Positions 17,201 to 26,443 of a stretch of DNA of 32,000 bases are shown here, one piece after another. Origin of the DNA: Candidatus Bathyarchaeia archaeon. Lineage in GTDB: Archaea; Thermoproteota; Bathyarchaeia; Bathyarchaeales; Bathycorpusculaceae. The notes beneath the pieces are model-generated. The model ran no database searches, was not told where the DNA came from, and saw only the letters and a list, made by a program, of their open reading frames with translations. The DNA is taken from assembly GCA_049970895.1 (NCBI GenBank), contig JBMFMB010000015.1, forward strand, positions 3,207-35,206. Reading direction: 5' to 3'. Within the stretch, counting starts at the first letter, position 1. Each line of letters starts with the position of its first letter. The translations under genes were made by a program, and so were the position numbers.

Positions 17201-18004
17201 GGGTTCTGTCATCCTCTTTAGTGTTGCTATGGCGGATAGTGCCGCCAAAAAACTCGTTTTCGGATTTTCCTTTGAAGGCACATTTTCCACGTGAACCCGT
17301 AGCTCGCCAAACTCTCCCCTAACCTCAATTTCGTGGATGTTACGGCTTAGGGTTGGGTCAGCCACCACCCGCACAACAGTCTTTTCCACGCCTATGCCAG
17401 CCAAGCCAAGGGTTGCCGCCACATTAACATTGGCTGGAAAAAGCTTGCAAGCCTCTAAGGCTGAACCTTCATATATGAGGGTTGGCTTCTCAATCCTCCC
17501 ACCAGTCTTCTCCATGAAATATGGGTTATCCATCAACCCCTCAACAGGTTTCCTCGTTGTCAAAATCACACTTTCAATCTTGCTCATTGCGGAGGCTTTA
17601 ACCGCGTCCAGCCCAGCTATGGCTCCGGATGGGATGTAAACCTTCCTCCCTTTTTCCCTTGCAACTTGGCTGATTTCGCTTAATAGCCTAGAATCGACTA
17701 GGGCGCCAACGCTCATAATTATGAGGTCTTTTCCAGCCCTTAAAACTTCGACGGCATAAGCCCTAACAGCCTCTTGAGAAGCAGCCTCAACAACAAACCT
17801 AACATCCTCTTGTTTTAAAAGTTCCTTAAAGCTTTTGGCAACTTTTGGCTTGCTTTTCAGCTTCCTCGCCAAACTTTCGGCTTTTTCAATGTTTCTGTCA
17901 AAAACCACAAGTAGGCGTGCGTCTCCAGCTTGTCCCTCATCTATGGCTTGCGCCAAAACAGTTCCAATAGCACCACACCCAATAAGTCCTACACCTAACG
18001 GCAT
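17183..18004 (-). CDS. nadX: L-aspartate dehydrogenase
   Basis: Rossmann N-terminus VGLIGCGAIGTVLA, plus IPSGAIAGLD and C-terminal NPKTSFLAALSAIATLKR, typical of the TM1643-type family. I take the start at MPLGVG; the ORF extends to 18073. Confidence 0.75.
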   Translation of the reverse strand: MPLGVGLIGCGAIGTVLAQAIDEGQAGDARLLVVFDRNIEKAESLARKLKSKPKVAKSFKELLKQEDVRFVVEAASQEAVRAYAVEVLRAGKDLIIMSVGALVDSRLLSEISQVAREKGRKVYIPSGAIAGLDAVKASAMSKIESVILTTRKPVEGLMDNPYFMEKTGGRIEKPTLIYEGSALEACKLFPANVNVAATLGLAGIGVEKTVVRVVADPTLSRNIHEIEVRGEFGELRVHVENVPSKENPKTSFLAALSAIATLKRMTEPLIIGT

Positions 18005-18142
18005 TTTACGTTTTACCTTCTTATGCTTGTTCATATGAATGCTGGAGGTTTTCCTACATAAACCATTTGCCAAGAAAAATCCTAACTGCTTAAGAGCTTG
18101 CCTAAAAAGGCTACTGAAATATAAAGCAGAGAAATTGTAGAT

Positions 18143-19267
18143 TTATAGATGATCTTGTTCCATCTGGTATAAGTCCAGTTCTATACCTAATGGCTTTTCT
18201 GGTTCAGCGTAAGGCTCTAGGTTGAAGAGTTGTGGTGCTATTACTCCAAGTCCACTTGGTATGTATGGCGAGTTTACACCGGTTAGCACTAGGGTTACTT
18301 TGAGTTTTCCATCCATTTCTGGGTTAACCCTTGCACCCCAAATCACCAGTGCATTGTCGTCCATCATTTCTGTGACTATTTCTCCGACGCGGTTTGCCTC
18401 CTCAATGGTCATTTGGGCGTCTCCTGAAACATGGATTAGGGCGCCCTTTGCACCAGCATAATCCACGTCCAAAAGCGGATTCCTCAAAGCATTTCGAACA
18501 GCCTCCTCGGCTCTGTTTGGCGCATCTGACTCACCAACGCCTATTACCGCTAAGCCGCCTCGCTTAACAATGGTTTTGAAGTCTGCAAAGTCCAAGTTTA
18601 TTAGGCTTGGAGCCGATATGGTTTCCACTATTCCCTTAATCATGTTCGCCAAAACCTGATCCGCAATCTTAAAAGCCTCATTTATAGGCATGTTCGGAGC
18701 CAAATGAATGAGCTTATTATTGTCAATCACGACGACAGTGTCGCAGTGCCTTCGCATTTCTGTTAGGGCTTGGGCTGCATATTCTATACGTCCTTTCTCA
18801 ATTCGGAAAGGCGTTGTTACGACGCCAACGGTTAGGGCGCCCTTTTTCTTGGCTATTTCGGCTATGACTGGCGCCGCGCCTGTTCCTGTTCCGCCGCCTA
18901 AACCAGCCGCTATGAAGACTATGTCCGCTCCATTCAGCAGTTCTTCAATCTTTTTCCTCGACTCTTCGATGGCTGCTCTTCCAAGCTGTGGGTCTCCTCC
19001 AACGCCTAAACCCTTCGTAAGCTTTTCGCCAATCAGAATTTTTCTATGGGCTTTTGAAATGTTTAGGTGGAGGGCGTCAGTGTTTATAGCTATGCATTCA
19101 GCTCCAACAATGCCCATCTCCATGAGCCTTGTAACAGTGTTGTTTCCAGCCCCGCCCACGCCGAGAACCAGCATGCGGCAGAAGCTTGGCGGGCGGATCT
19201 CCTCTGGAAAAGTGTTCTGCCAGGAATATTTGAAGGTCTGTTGCTGACCAGCCGAATACATCTGCAT
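18143..19267 (-). CDS. ftsZ: cell division GTPase FtsZ
   Basis: GVGGAGNN, tubulin signature GLGGGTGTGAAPVIAEIAKK, and NTDAQAL-like INTDALHL. Confidence 0.95.
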   Translation of the reverse strand: MQMYSAGQQQTFKYSWQNTFPEEIRPPSFCRMLVLGVGGAGNNTVTRLMEMGIVGAECIAINTDALHLNISKAHRKILIGEKLTKGLGVGGDPQLGRAAIEESRKKIEELLNGADIVFIAAGLGGGTGTGAAPVIAEIAKKKGALTVGVVTTPFRIEKGRIEYAAQALTEMRRHCDTVVVIDNNKLIHLAPNMPINEAFKIADQVLANMIKGIVETISAPSLINLDFADFKTIVKRGGLAVIGVGESDAPNRAEEAVRNALRNPLLDVDYAGAKGALIHVSGDAQMTIEEANRVGEIVTEMMDDNALVIWGARVNPEMDGKLKVTLVLTGVNSPYIPSGLGVIAPQLFNLEPYAEPEKPLGIELDLYQMEQDHL

Positions 19268-19423
19268 CTAACCAACCCTCTTCTTACGCCAAACCTCATT
19301 ATTTATTAAATCACGGATAGCTACACGAATCGCCTCAGCCCTGTTAGGATAAAACCTCTCATTAACAAGCTGGTCCAAAGCCTCAATATATGGCTCGGGA
19401 AGATAGAGTGTGATTAACTTCAT
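19268..19423 (-). CDS. ribbon-helix-helix (CopG-type) regulator, CdrS-like by sequence and context
   Basis: MKLITLYLPEPYIEALDQLVNERFYPNRAEAIRVAIRDLI has the RHH pattern. GGAGGGG lies 7 nt upstream of this ATG. Its TAG stop abuts the ftsZ ATG (TAGATG). Confidence 0.7.
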   Translation of the reverse strand: MKLITLYLPEPYIEALDQLVNERFYPNRAEAIRVAIRDLINNEVWRKKRVG

Positions 19424-19484
19424 TTTAATCCCCTCCGGTAAGCGAGAGAGAAACATTTCGAAGCTATACTTTTACATATTATGA

Positions 19485-19501
19485 TTTAAACATGTTTTAA
19501 A
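19485..19501. promoter_or_regulatory. near-palindrome tttaaacatgttttaaa in the divergent cdrS-like-ftsZ / mtaB intergenic region
   Basis: Two opposed TTTAAA boxes around CATG. It lies ~62 nt upstream of the RHH gene ATG. Confidence 0.3.
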
Positions 19502-19617
19502 TATGCTCGTTCTTTTTCTTATAAGATTTATGCCTATTGCATTCCAGAAACTTGTAAATTCAGGTTTAGGCTGACCTCTAGGTTTTTATTCCTTGTTAAA
19601 GCATTTTACGTATTGCC

Positions 19618-20913
19618 ATGGAAGCCGCACGCATATTCCTTAGAAGCTTCGGGTGTTCAACAAATTTAGCTGATGGTGAAGTCATGGCTGGTTGCCTAGC
19701 GGAGGCTGGGTTCAAACTCGTTGACAGTGTGGCTGAAGCCGACATAGTCATTTACAACACTTGTGCTGTTAAGGGACCAACGGAAAACCGCATGATCGAC
19801 ATATTGAAAAAGGTTCCTAAGGGGAAGAGGCTCCTCGTTGTTGGGTGCCTCCCACTAATCAACCTTGATAGGCTATGCCGAGAAGTACGTTTTGACGGTG
19901 TCGCAGGTCCAGCACTGGGCGGAAAAATAATTGATATAGTTAACGGCGTTTTGGGGGGCAAGAAGGTTGTGGCTTTGGAAGGTGCGAATAAGGCTAAACC
20001 AGACTTAAGCCTTCCAAGGGTTCGCCTAAACCCTTTTGTGGGCATAATCCCAATAAGCTATGGATGTTTGGGCTCATGTGCCTATTGCTGTGTTGTTTAT
20101 GCCAGAGGACGCCTAAGAAGCTATAGCATAAACGAGATTGTAGAGCGTGTCAAAGCCGATTTAGTTGATGGGGTGCGGGAGTTTTGGCTTACATCGCAGG
20201 ACACCGCTTGTTATGGAAGGGATATTGGCACAAACTTGGCTGAGCTTATTGAGGCAGTATGCGCCATGGAAAGTGATTTCAAAGTGCGGGTTGGCATGAT
20301 GACTCCTAACATGGCTCTTGGCATTTTAGAAGACCTAATTGAAGCCTATAAGGACGAGAAGGTTTTCAAGTTTCTCCACCTGCCTGTCCAAAGCGGAGAC
20401 GACAATGTCCTTAAAAGGATGCGCCGCTTCTACACGGTTTCCGAATTCAGAAAGATTGTGGAAGCCTTTAGGGCTACATTTCCAAAAATTACAATAGCAA
20501 CAGACGTTATTTGTGGTTTTCCGGGAGAGGATGAAAAAGCCTTTGAAGAAACCCTAAAGCTGATAGAGAATGTTAAGCCCGACATAGTTAACATATCAAA
20601 GTTTTTTGCGAGACCGCGAACACCAGCCGCAGCCATGAAAGACACTGTTCCATTTTCAGAGATCAAACGGCGAAGTGCTATGCTGAGTGGTTTGGCTTCA
20701 AAAATTGCCTTAGAAAGGAATCGCGAGTGGATCGGTTGGGAGGGCGGAATCCTCGTAGATGAGGCTGGGAAGGTTGCTGGTTCATGGGTGGGTAGAAACT
20801 TTGCTTACAAGCCAGTAGTTTTGAAAAGCAAGAAGAACTTACTGGGCAAAGTTGTGCGTGTTAAAATTTATGACGTTTTTCCAACGCATCTTGTAGGCGC
20901 ATTATTAGATTGA
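19618..20913 (+). CDS. mtaB: MiaB-family radical SAM methylthiotransferase, archaeal/eukaryotic MtaB (CDKAL1) type
   Basis: UPF0004 N-domain (FGCSTNLADGEVMAG, YNTCAVK), radical SAM site YGCLGSCAYCCV, and a C-terminal TRAM-like domain. Confidence 0.88.
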   Translation: MEAARIFLRSFGCSTNLADGEVMAGCLAEAGFKLVDSVAEADIVIYNTCAVKGPTENRMIDILKKVPKGKRLLVVGCLPLINLDRLCREVRFDGVAGPALGGKIIDIVNGVLGGKKVVALEGANKAKPDLSLPRVRLNPFVGIIPISYGCLGSCAYCCVVYARGRLRSYSINEIVERVKADLVDGVREFWLTSQDTACYGRDIGTNLAELIEAVCAMESDFKVRVGMMTPNMALGILEDLIEAYKDEKVFKFLHLPVQSGDDNVLKRMRRFYTVSEFRKIVEAFRATFPKITIATDVICGFPGEDEKAFEETLKLIENVKPDIVNISKFFARPRTPAAAMKDTVPFSEIKRRSAMLSGLASKIALERNREWIGWEGGILVDEAGKVAGSWVGRNFAYKPVVLKSKKNLLGKVVRVKIYDVFPTHLVGALLD

Positions 20914-21032
20914 AAAATATTTTGTAATTTTTACATCAAAAAAGCATTAGAATGATTAATTTTTGCCTTCCTTACCGTCGAGTTAGCTGAAAATTTATAT
21001 ACGTCCTTCCTTAATGCGTTAAGGAATTCGAA

Positions 21033-22940
21033 ATGCAGCAAATCATTGACGAAATAAGCAAGTGCCTCAAAGCCATACGCCCAAGGATTAGCGAAAAGGA
21101 TTACGTGAAACTCTCCGCAATAAAAGTTCCAAGGGTTCACCAATTTATCGCTGAGTCTGCGGAGCTCTGCAACCCCGAAAGGATTTTTATCTCTGATGAT
21201 TCGCCTGAAGATATAGCCTACATTAGGCGGATGGCAATAGAAACTGGTGAAGAGAAACCCCTTGCCATGCCTGGACACACAGTTCACTTTGATGGACCTT
21301 ATGATCAAGGAAGGGATCGTGAAGCCACGAAATATCTTGTGCCTAAGGGAGATTACTTGAGCAAGGCGTTAAACCAAATTGACAGAGATGAGGGGTTAGC
21401 CGAAGTAAAGGGGTTGCTTAAGGACTCGATGAAGGGACGCACCATGATTGTTCGCTTCGTTTGCCTTGGACCACCAAACTCCGTTTTCACAATTCTCGGT
21501 GTGCAGTGTACAGACTCGTGGTATGTTGCCCACTCAGAGTATCTCCTCTTCAGGCCGGGTTATAAGACTTTCACTAAGGCTGATCCGGACACCCACTTTC
21601 TGAGGGTGCTTCATTCAAGCGGAAGGCTTAACGAAAACATGGTTAGCGTAGACCACGACAAGAAGAGGGTTTACATAGACTATTCTGAGGACATAATCTA
21701 CAGCGTTAACACTCAGTATGCTGGCAACTCTGTGGGCTTTAAAAAGCTTGCCTTTAGGCTTGCCATAAGGAAGGCAAATCAGGAGGGTTGGCTTGCAGAG
21801 CACATGATGATTATGGGGGTGCACGGACCTGGCGGTAGGAAAACCTATTTTGCTGGAGCCTTTCCAAGTGCGTGTGGCAAAACAGCAACTGCAATGCTTC
21901 CAGGAGAAACAATACTTGGCGATGATATTGCCTACATCCGAAACGTAGGCTCTGTGGCTAGGGCGGCAAATGCGGAGTGCGGAATTTTCGGCATTCTTCA
22001 AGGCATAAATTCACATGACGACCCAGTGCTTTACAAGGTGCTCACAAGCCCATGTGAAGTCATTTTTTCAAACGTTCTGGTGAAGGATGGGAAGCCCTAC
22101 TGGCTTGGAATGGGCTGCGAACTACCAAAGGATGGAATAAATTATACTGGTTATTGGTGGGAGGGGAAGAGGGACGAAAATGGCGAGCCCATACCTCCAG
22201 CCCACAAAAACGCCCGCTACACTGTTTCCCTAAAGGTGCTGGAGAACTGTGACCCTGAGCTTGACAATCCCATAGGTGTTGAGCTTGGCGGAATAATGTA
22301 TGGGGGCCGCGATTCCAAAGCCTACGTTCCCGTCCAGCAAAGCTTCAACTGGGAGCATGGAATAATCTGTTACGGCGCAGCCCTAGAAACAGAAACAACC
22401 TTCGCAATAGTTGGAAAAGAAGGCATACCGGAAATAAACATGATGAGCATACAAGACTTCATCTCCATACCCATGGGGCAAAACATCCGGAACAACCTAA
22501 ACTTTGGGAAAAAACTCAAAAAACCACCCCTAATATTCGGGGTAAACTACTTCTTGAGAGACCTAAAAACAGGGGAATACCTAAACTCGCCAAGGGACAA
22601 GCATGTTTGGGTTAAGTGGATGGAGCTACGCGTGCACAACGACGTTGGCGCAAGGGTTGCACCAACAGGGCTTATTCCAAAATATGAAGACTTGCGTTTG
22701 CTCTTCAAGAAGGTGTTGAACAAGGAATACAGCCAAGCAGACTACACGAAACAGTTTACCATTCGAGTGCCTGAAAACCTTGCAAAAATTGAGCGGGTTG
22801 AGAGGTTTTACAAGGAAAAGGTTGCAGACGCTCCAGAAGAACTTTTCATAATACTTAATCAGCAGCGGGAGCGCCTTGTAGAGGCGAGGGAAAAATCTGG
22901 AATGGATTATATTCCGCCTGAACTCTTCGAAGAAGAATAA
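21033..22940 (+). CDS. pckG: phosphoenolpyruvate carboxykinase (GTP)
   Basis: 635 aa with the GTP-PEPCK kinase-1a loop GAFPSACGKT, plus GWLAEHMMIMG, GDDIAY and NARYT. Confidence 0.93.
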   Translation: MQQIIDEISKCLKAIRPRISEKDYVKLSAIKVPRVHQFIAESAELCNPERIFISDDSPEDIAYIRRMAIETGEEKPLAMPGHTVHFDGPYDQGRDREATKYLVPKGDYLSKALNQIDRDEGLAEVKGLLKDSMKGRTMIVRFVCLGPPNSVFTILGVQCTDSWYVAHSEYLLFRPGYKTFTKADPDTHFLRVLHSSGRLNENMVSVDHDKKRVYIDYSEDIIYSVNTQYAGNSVGFKKLAFRLAIRKANQEGWLAEHMMIMGVHGPGGRKTYFAGAFPSACGKTATAMLPGETILGDDIAYIRNVGSVARAANAECGIFGILQGINSHDDPVLYKVLTSPCEVIFSNVLVKDGKPYWLGMGCELPKDGINYTGYWWEGKRDENGEPIPPAHKNARYTVSLKVLENCDPELDNPIGVELGGIMYGGRDSKAYVPVQQSFNWEHGIICYGAALETETTFAIVGKEGIPEINMMSIQDFISIPMGQNIRNNLNFGKKLKKPPLIFGVNYFLRDLKTGEYLNSPRDKHVWVKWMELRVHNDVGARVAPTGLIPKYEDLRLLFKKVLNKEYSQADYTKQFTIRVPENLAKIERVERFYKEKVADAPEELFIILNQQRERLVEAREKSGMDYIPPELFEEE

Positions 22941-23019
22941 CAACCCTAAAGGAGAAAAGCCTAATAATAAATACCTATGATTAAATTATTTATCCCATTA
23001 AAGCGTATTATCTCTGGAG

Positions 23020-23289
23020 ATGAAGGTGTTGGTTGAGGAAAACCTTGTTGAGGTTGGACGTGTAACCCACTACTTCACTAAAATTGGTGTGGCTGTTGTT
23101 GAGCTTAAGGCGCCATTAGCTGTTGGAGATCGCATAGCCATTAAGGGGCCAACAACAGACTTTGAGCAGGTTGTGGAGTCCATGCAGATTGAGCATAAAA
23201 ATGTGCAGAGGGCTGAGGCTGGACAGAGCATAGGCTTGAAAGTGGTTCAAAGGGTAAGGGAAAAGGATATAGTCTATAAAAAACTGTAG
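23020..23289 (+). CDS. small EF-Tu-domain-2-like beta-barrel protein (translation elongation factor-like)
   Basis: 89 aa. VGRVTHYFTKIGVAVVELKAPLAVGDRIAIKG...MQIEHKNVQRAEAGQSIGLKV resembles the stand-alone EF-Tu D2-like barrel family. Confidence 0.55.
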   Translation: MKVLVEENLVEVGRVTHYFTKIGVAVVELKAPLAVGDRIAIKGPTTDFEQVVESMQIEHKNVQRAEAGQSIGLKVVQRVREKDIVYKKL

Positions 23290-23334
23290 CCATCCAAAAT
23301 TTCCCTCATTTTTGATGCTGGGTGTTTTCCATCT

Positions 23335-23688
23335 TTAGACTGGTTTTTCCCAGTCTGTTTGGCAGCCGTTTTCAGGGATTAAAATCACTGTTGCCCCGTC
23401 AGGCAGTTGCATTGCGGGATTTTCTCTAACATTTATGGGTTTAGAATCGACGTTAGCGTGTATCGCCACTTGTTTATAGAATCTCTTCTCATGTGGGTGA
23501 TAAACCATCTGGAGCAAGCTTTCATAATCCTTAACGGGGAAAGCGCCCGCCCTACTTCTTATTTCCTCATCCACAGCTTTGATGACGTCCATTACGGAGG
23601 CTTCGTCTTTTAGGGTTAGTTGAAACGCTTGAGGGAAAAGCTTGTTTATTTCCCGTTGGCGGATAATTACCGTGACTCTTTTCATCAA
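23335..23688 (-). CDS. hypothetical protein, possibly beta-grasp (MoaD/ThiS-like) fold
   Basis: 117 aa, starting 17 nt after the ABC-2 permease stop. VTVIIRQ...LTLKDEASVMDVIKAV...LPDGATVILIPENGC follows a beta-grasp-like pattern but lacks a terminal GG. Confidence 0.45.
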   Translation of the reverse strand: MMKRVTVIIRQREINKLFPQAFQLTLKDEASVMDVIKAVDEEIRSRAGAFPVKDYESLLQMVYHPHEKRFYKQVAIHANVDSKPINVRENPAMQLPDGATVILIPENGCQTDWEKPV

Positions 23689-23705
23689 TGTTTCTATGTT
23701 TTTAA

Positions 23706-24458
23706 TTAACTTAACCGTTTCGCAAGGGTTTCCTCATGCAGTTTTATAGCTGCAAATGCAAATGCCACAGCGAAGGCTATAACAGCCATAAAGTCTAGCG
23801 CCAGCGGATAAAAGCCCCTGCCTAGGAACAGCTGCCTAACCATGTCTGTGAAGTATGTTAATGGCGAAATGGAGGCTATGATTGTTCCCCATGGCGGCAG
23901 CTGGTCTACTGGTATGAAGACTCCGCTTATAAACACAAGTGGGAACTTAACCAAGGATGAGAGCATCATTGATGTGGCTGGTATGTCTGTTGGCGGGTAA
24001 GCCGAAAGCAAAACACTTAGGGCTGCAAAGCAAAGGTTTGCAACGATTAAGCCGAAAAGCAGCACTACGAAGTTTAATGGCTCAATTGCCAGCACTAGCG
24101 TCAATGCTAAGGGAATAATTGATATTATGAGCCCGAAAAGGAAGGAGGAAAGCATATCTCCAACAATAATAGTCCATAAGGCGACTGGGCAGCACAAAAG
24201 CCGTTCAAGGGTTTTTGAGCGGGTTTCCCAAGGCACAATGGAAGGTCCAACAGAAGTTGCTGTGAAAAAGGTTGTCATGCCAATTAATCCGGGCAAGACC
24301 TCTCTTAAGGGTATGTTTCGCCCTATAATGTAGGCTAAAGCCAAAAACAGTGGAAAAACTAGACCGAAAATTAAGACGGGCCCCTTTGAATAGTAGATTT
24401 TAATGTTCTTTTCTGCTATGACAAAGGAACGCTTAAACTGTTCTGTTAAGCGGCTCAT
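23706..24458 (-). CDS. ABC-2-type exporter permease
   Basis: 250 aa with about 6 TM helices. Its start overlaps the ATPase stop by 4 nt (ATGA). Confidence 0.85.
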   Translation of the reverse strand: MSRLTEQFKRSFVIAEKNIKIYYSKGPVLIFGLVFPLFLALAYIIGRNIPLREVLPGLIGMTTFFTATSVGPSIVPWETRSKTLERLLCCPVALWTIIVGDMLSSFLFGLIISIIPLALTLVLAIEPLNFVVLLFGLIVANLCFAALSVLLSAYPPTDIPATSMMLSSLVKFPLVFISGVFIPVDQLPPWGTIIASISPLTYFTDMVRQLFLGRGFYPLALDFMAVIAFAVAFAFAAIKLHEETLAKRLS

Positions 24459-25393
24459 TGTTTTGCTGCCTCCTTTCCCTTTATGAGTTTGAGGAAAACG
24501 TCTTCAAGCGAGGGCATCATGGTGTTTAGGCTTAAAATTTTTAGGTGTTTCCTTTTGGCAAATTCCACTAGAAACTCAATCACCTCTGATGGTTGAGCCG
24601 TGTAAATGCGCATTTTATTCCCTGCAGTCACGGCCCTTGTAATGTTTGGGTTTTCCAAGAGCCCTTGCTGGTTTACTGGTTTGCTGAATGCAACTTCAAT
24701 GTATTGGAGTTCCATGCTTTCCGCTCTGAGGTTTTCTGGAGTGTCTATGGCTGCTATTCTTCCATGGTTTATTATGGCTATTCTATGGCAGAGCTGGTTG
24801 GCTTCATCCATGTTATGAGTTGAAAGAAAAACGGTTTTCCCATCCCTATTATACTCGTTTATTTTCTCCCTAAGAAGCCTTGCACTTTCCACGTCCAGCC
24901 CGGAGGTTGGCTCGTCTAAGAATAGCACTTCTGGGTCGTTAACCAGAGCCATGCATAATAGAAGCCTCTGCTTCATCCCCTTTGAGAAGGCTCTGACAAG
25001 CTTGTCCCTAACCTCATATAGCCCAAATTCTTTCAGAAGCCTTGTAGCGTTTTCCCGAAGCCTCTGCGTTGGGACACCGTAAAGCCTCCCTATTAGGACT
25101 AGGTTATCCCATGCTGAAAGGTCTACGTAGGCGTTGGAAACTTCTGGGACAACACCAATACGCTGCTTCGCCTCTACAGGGTTCTTTAAGACGTCAAATC
25201 CGGCTACGAAGGCTTCTCCTTCATCCGGCCTTAAAAGCCCTGTTAAGATTCTAATGGTTGTTGTTTTCCCAGCGCCGTTTGGTCCGAGAAATCCGAAAAT
25301 TTCGCCCCTTTTAACTTTGAAGCTTACGTGGTCAACAGCGGTGACATCCTCGAAATGTTTCGTTAAATCCTTAACAGCTATTGCGTTTTCCAT
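24455..25393 (-). CDS. ABC transporter ATP-binding protein (DrrA/CcmA-like)
   Basis: Walker A GPNGAGKTT, signature FSKGMKQRL, Walker B VLFLDEPTSGLD. The start is taken at MENAIAV, which has GAGGTGG upstream; the ORF extends to 25435. Confidence 0.9.
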   Translation of the reverse strand: MENAIAVKDLTKHFEDVTAVDHVSFKVKRGEIFGFLGPNGAGKTTTIRILTGLLRPDEGEAFVAGFDVLKNPVEAKQRIGVVPEVSNAYVDLSAWDNLVLIGRLYGVPTQRLRENATRLLKEFGLYEVRDKLVRAFSKGMKQRLLLCMALVNDPEVLFLDEPTSGLDVESARLLREKINEYNRDGKTVFLSTHNMDEANQLCHRIAIINHGRIAAIDTPENLRAESMELQYIEVAFSKPVNQQGLLENPNITRAVTAGNKMRIYTAQPSEVIEFLVEFAKRKHLKILSLNTMMPSLEDVFLKLIKGKEAAKQ

Positions 25394-25406
25394 GTCTACG
25401 CCACCT

Positions 25407-25742
25407 CTAGTGGGGTTCTTGTATGCCAAGCACAACCATGCGTTCTTTGCTTCTTATACCTCTAGCCACGTTTGCTGGGACAAAGACCATTTGAACACTG
25501 GATAAGTCGGCTTTTTCCTTGCCAACAGTGAAAGTTCCAGAGCCTTCAACAACATAGAAGCACACGTCGTAGGGTTCGGGTCTGGATGGAATTTCCTGCC
25601 CAAAGTCAAGGGAGAGAAGCATAAGGTTGAAATTTCTCGTCTTTAACAAGTCTTTTTTGACGCGTCGACGCTTCTCCATAGAATCCAATAAGCCTTTATC
25701 CTGCGAATACCCTACAAGCTTTCTCAAATCTATTACATCCAT
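25407..25742 (-). CDS. cupin-domain protein
   Basis: FYVVEGSGTFTVGKE...VFVPANVARGI matches the two-motif cupin_2 pattern. It is the first gene of the ABC unit. Confidence 0.7.
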   Translation of the reverse strand: MDVIDLRKLVGYSQDKGLLDSMEKRRRVKKDLLKTRNFNLMLLSLDFGQEIPSRPEPYDVCFYVVEGSGTFTVGKEKADLSSVQMVFVPANVARGIRSKERMVVLGIQEPH

Positions 25743-25798
25743 TTCTCTTCCATCTTATTTTGTGATTTCGAAATTGGAAAGGGGGGATTTTGGTGGTA

Positions 25799-25996
25799 TT
25801 AGCGTTTTAGGGCTTCTAGACGCTTGTTGATTTTCTCAATTCTTTTTGTTAGGGCTTCCTTGTATTCTTCCAGCATTTTTATTTCCTCTTCAACGTCCAT
25901 TATTGGCCATGGTAAGCCCATATAGTGCTTATGTTCGTGTTCATGCTCGTGGTGGTGATGGTGCCTTTCCATTCCACAACAGCAGCATCTACACAT
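25799..25996 (-). CDS. Cys5/His9-rich micro-protein with C-terminal coiled coil (DUF5320-like tail)
   Basis: MCRCCCCGMERHHHHHEHEHEHKHY... is followed by VEEEIKMLEEYKEALTKRIEKINKRLEALKR. GGAGGTG lies 8 nt upstream of this ATG, and the ATG overlaps the PadR stop by 8 nt. The ORF track extends it to 26038. Confidence 0.6.
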   Translation of the reverse strand: MCRCCCCGMERHHHHHEHEHEHKHYMGLPWPIMDVEEEIKMLEEYKEALTKRIEKINKRLEALKR

Positions 25997-26393
25997 CTGG
26001 CTTTTCACCTCCCTTCCCACTTTTTTCAAAATTTTCATAATAAAATTTCACAAGATCTTCAAACAGCCTCTTCCGCTTGACTATGGATGCCAGCCCCATT
26101 TTTAGGGCTTCAACGCCTTTGCCAGTAAGCCTATAGACGCGCCTGTCTGGGCCCCCTTCAACCTTCTCCCATTGCGACTCCAGTAGGCCACGTTCTTCCA
26201 TCCGTCTTAGGAGCGTGTATATGGAACCTGGCTCTAGCCTGTGGCATCCGCAGCTTCGCTCCTCAATTTCTTCTAGGAGTTGGTAGCCGTGCATTGGCTT
26301 TTCATAAAGTACTCGCATTATTAGGAATTGTATCCATCCCCGTTCTGGGTATTCGTGCCAGCATCCGCAGTGATGCCTACTTGGTCCGCACAT
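25989..26393 (-). CDS. PadR-family transcriptional regulator with Cys/His-rich N-terminus
   Basis: Winged HTH MHGYQLLEEIEE...GSIYTLLRRMEERGLLESQWE...RRVYRLTGKG. Extra MCGPSRHHCGCWH at the N-terminus and a CGCH insert. Confidence 0.85.
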   Translation of the reverse strand: MCGPSRHHCGCWHEYPERGWIQFLIMRVLYEKPMHGYQLLEEIEERSCGCHRLEPGSIYTLLRRMEERGLLESQWEKVEGGPDRRVYRLTGKGVEALKMGLASIVKRKRLFEDLVKFYYENFEKSGKGGEKPDV

Positions 26394-26443
26394 TTTAATC
26401 GCTAGATAACAATGTTACATATATAAGTGTTACGCATTTAAAG

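Noticed and set aside
20931-21308. 125-aa minus-strand ORF overlapping the pckG start.
   Set aside because: It overlaps 275 nt of a confidently called PEPCK gene, it has no motif, and the intergenic part is needed for the pckG promoter.
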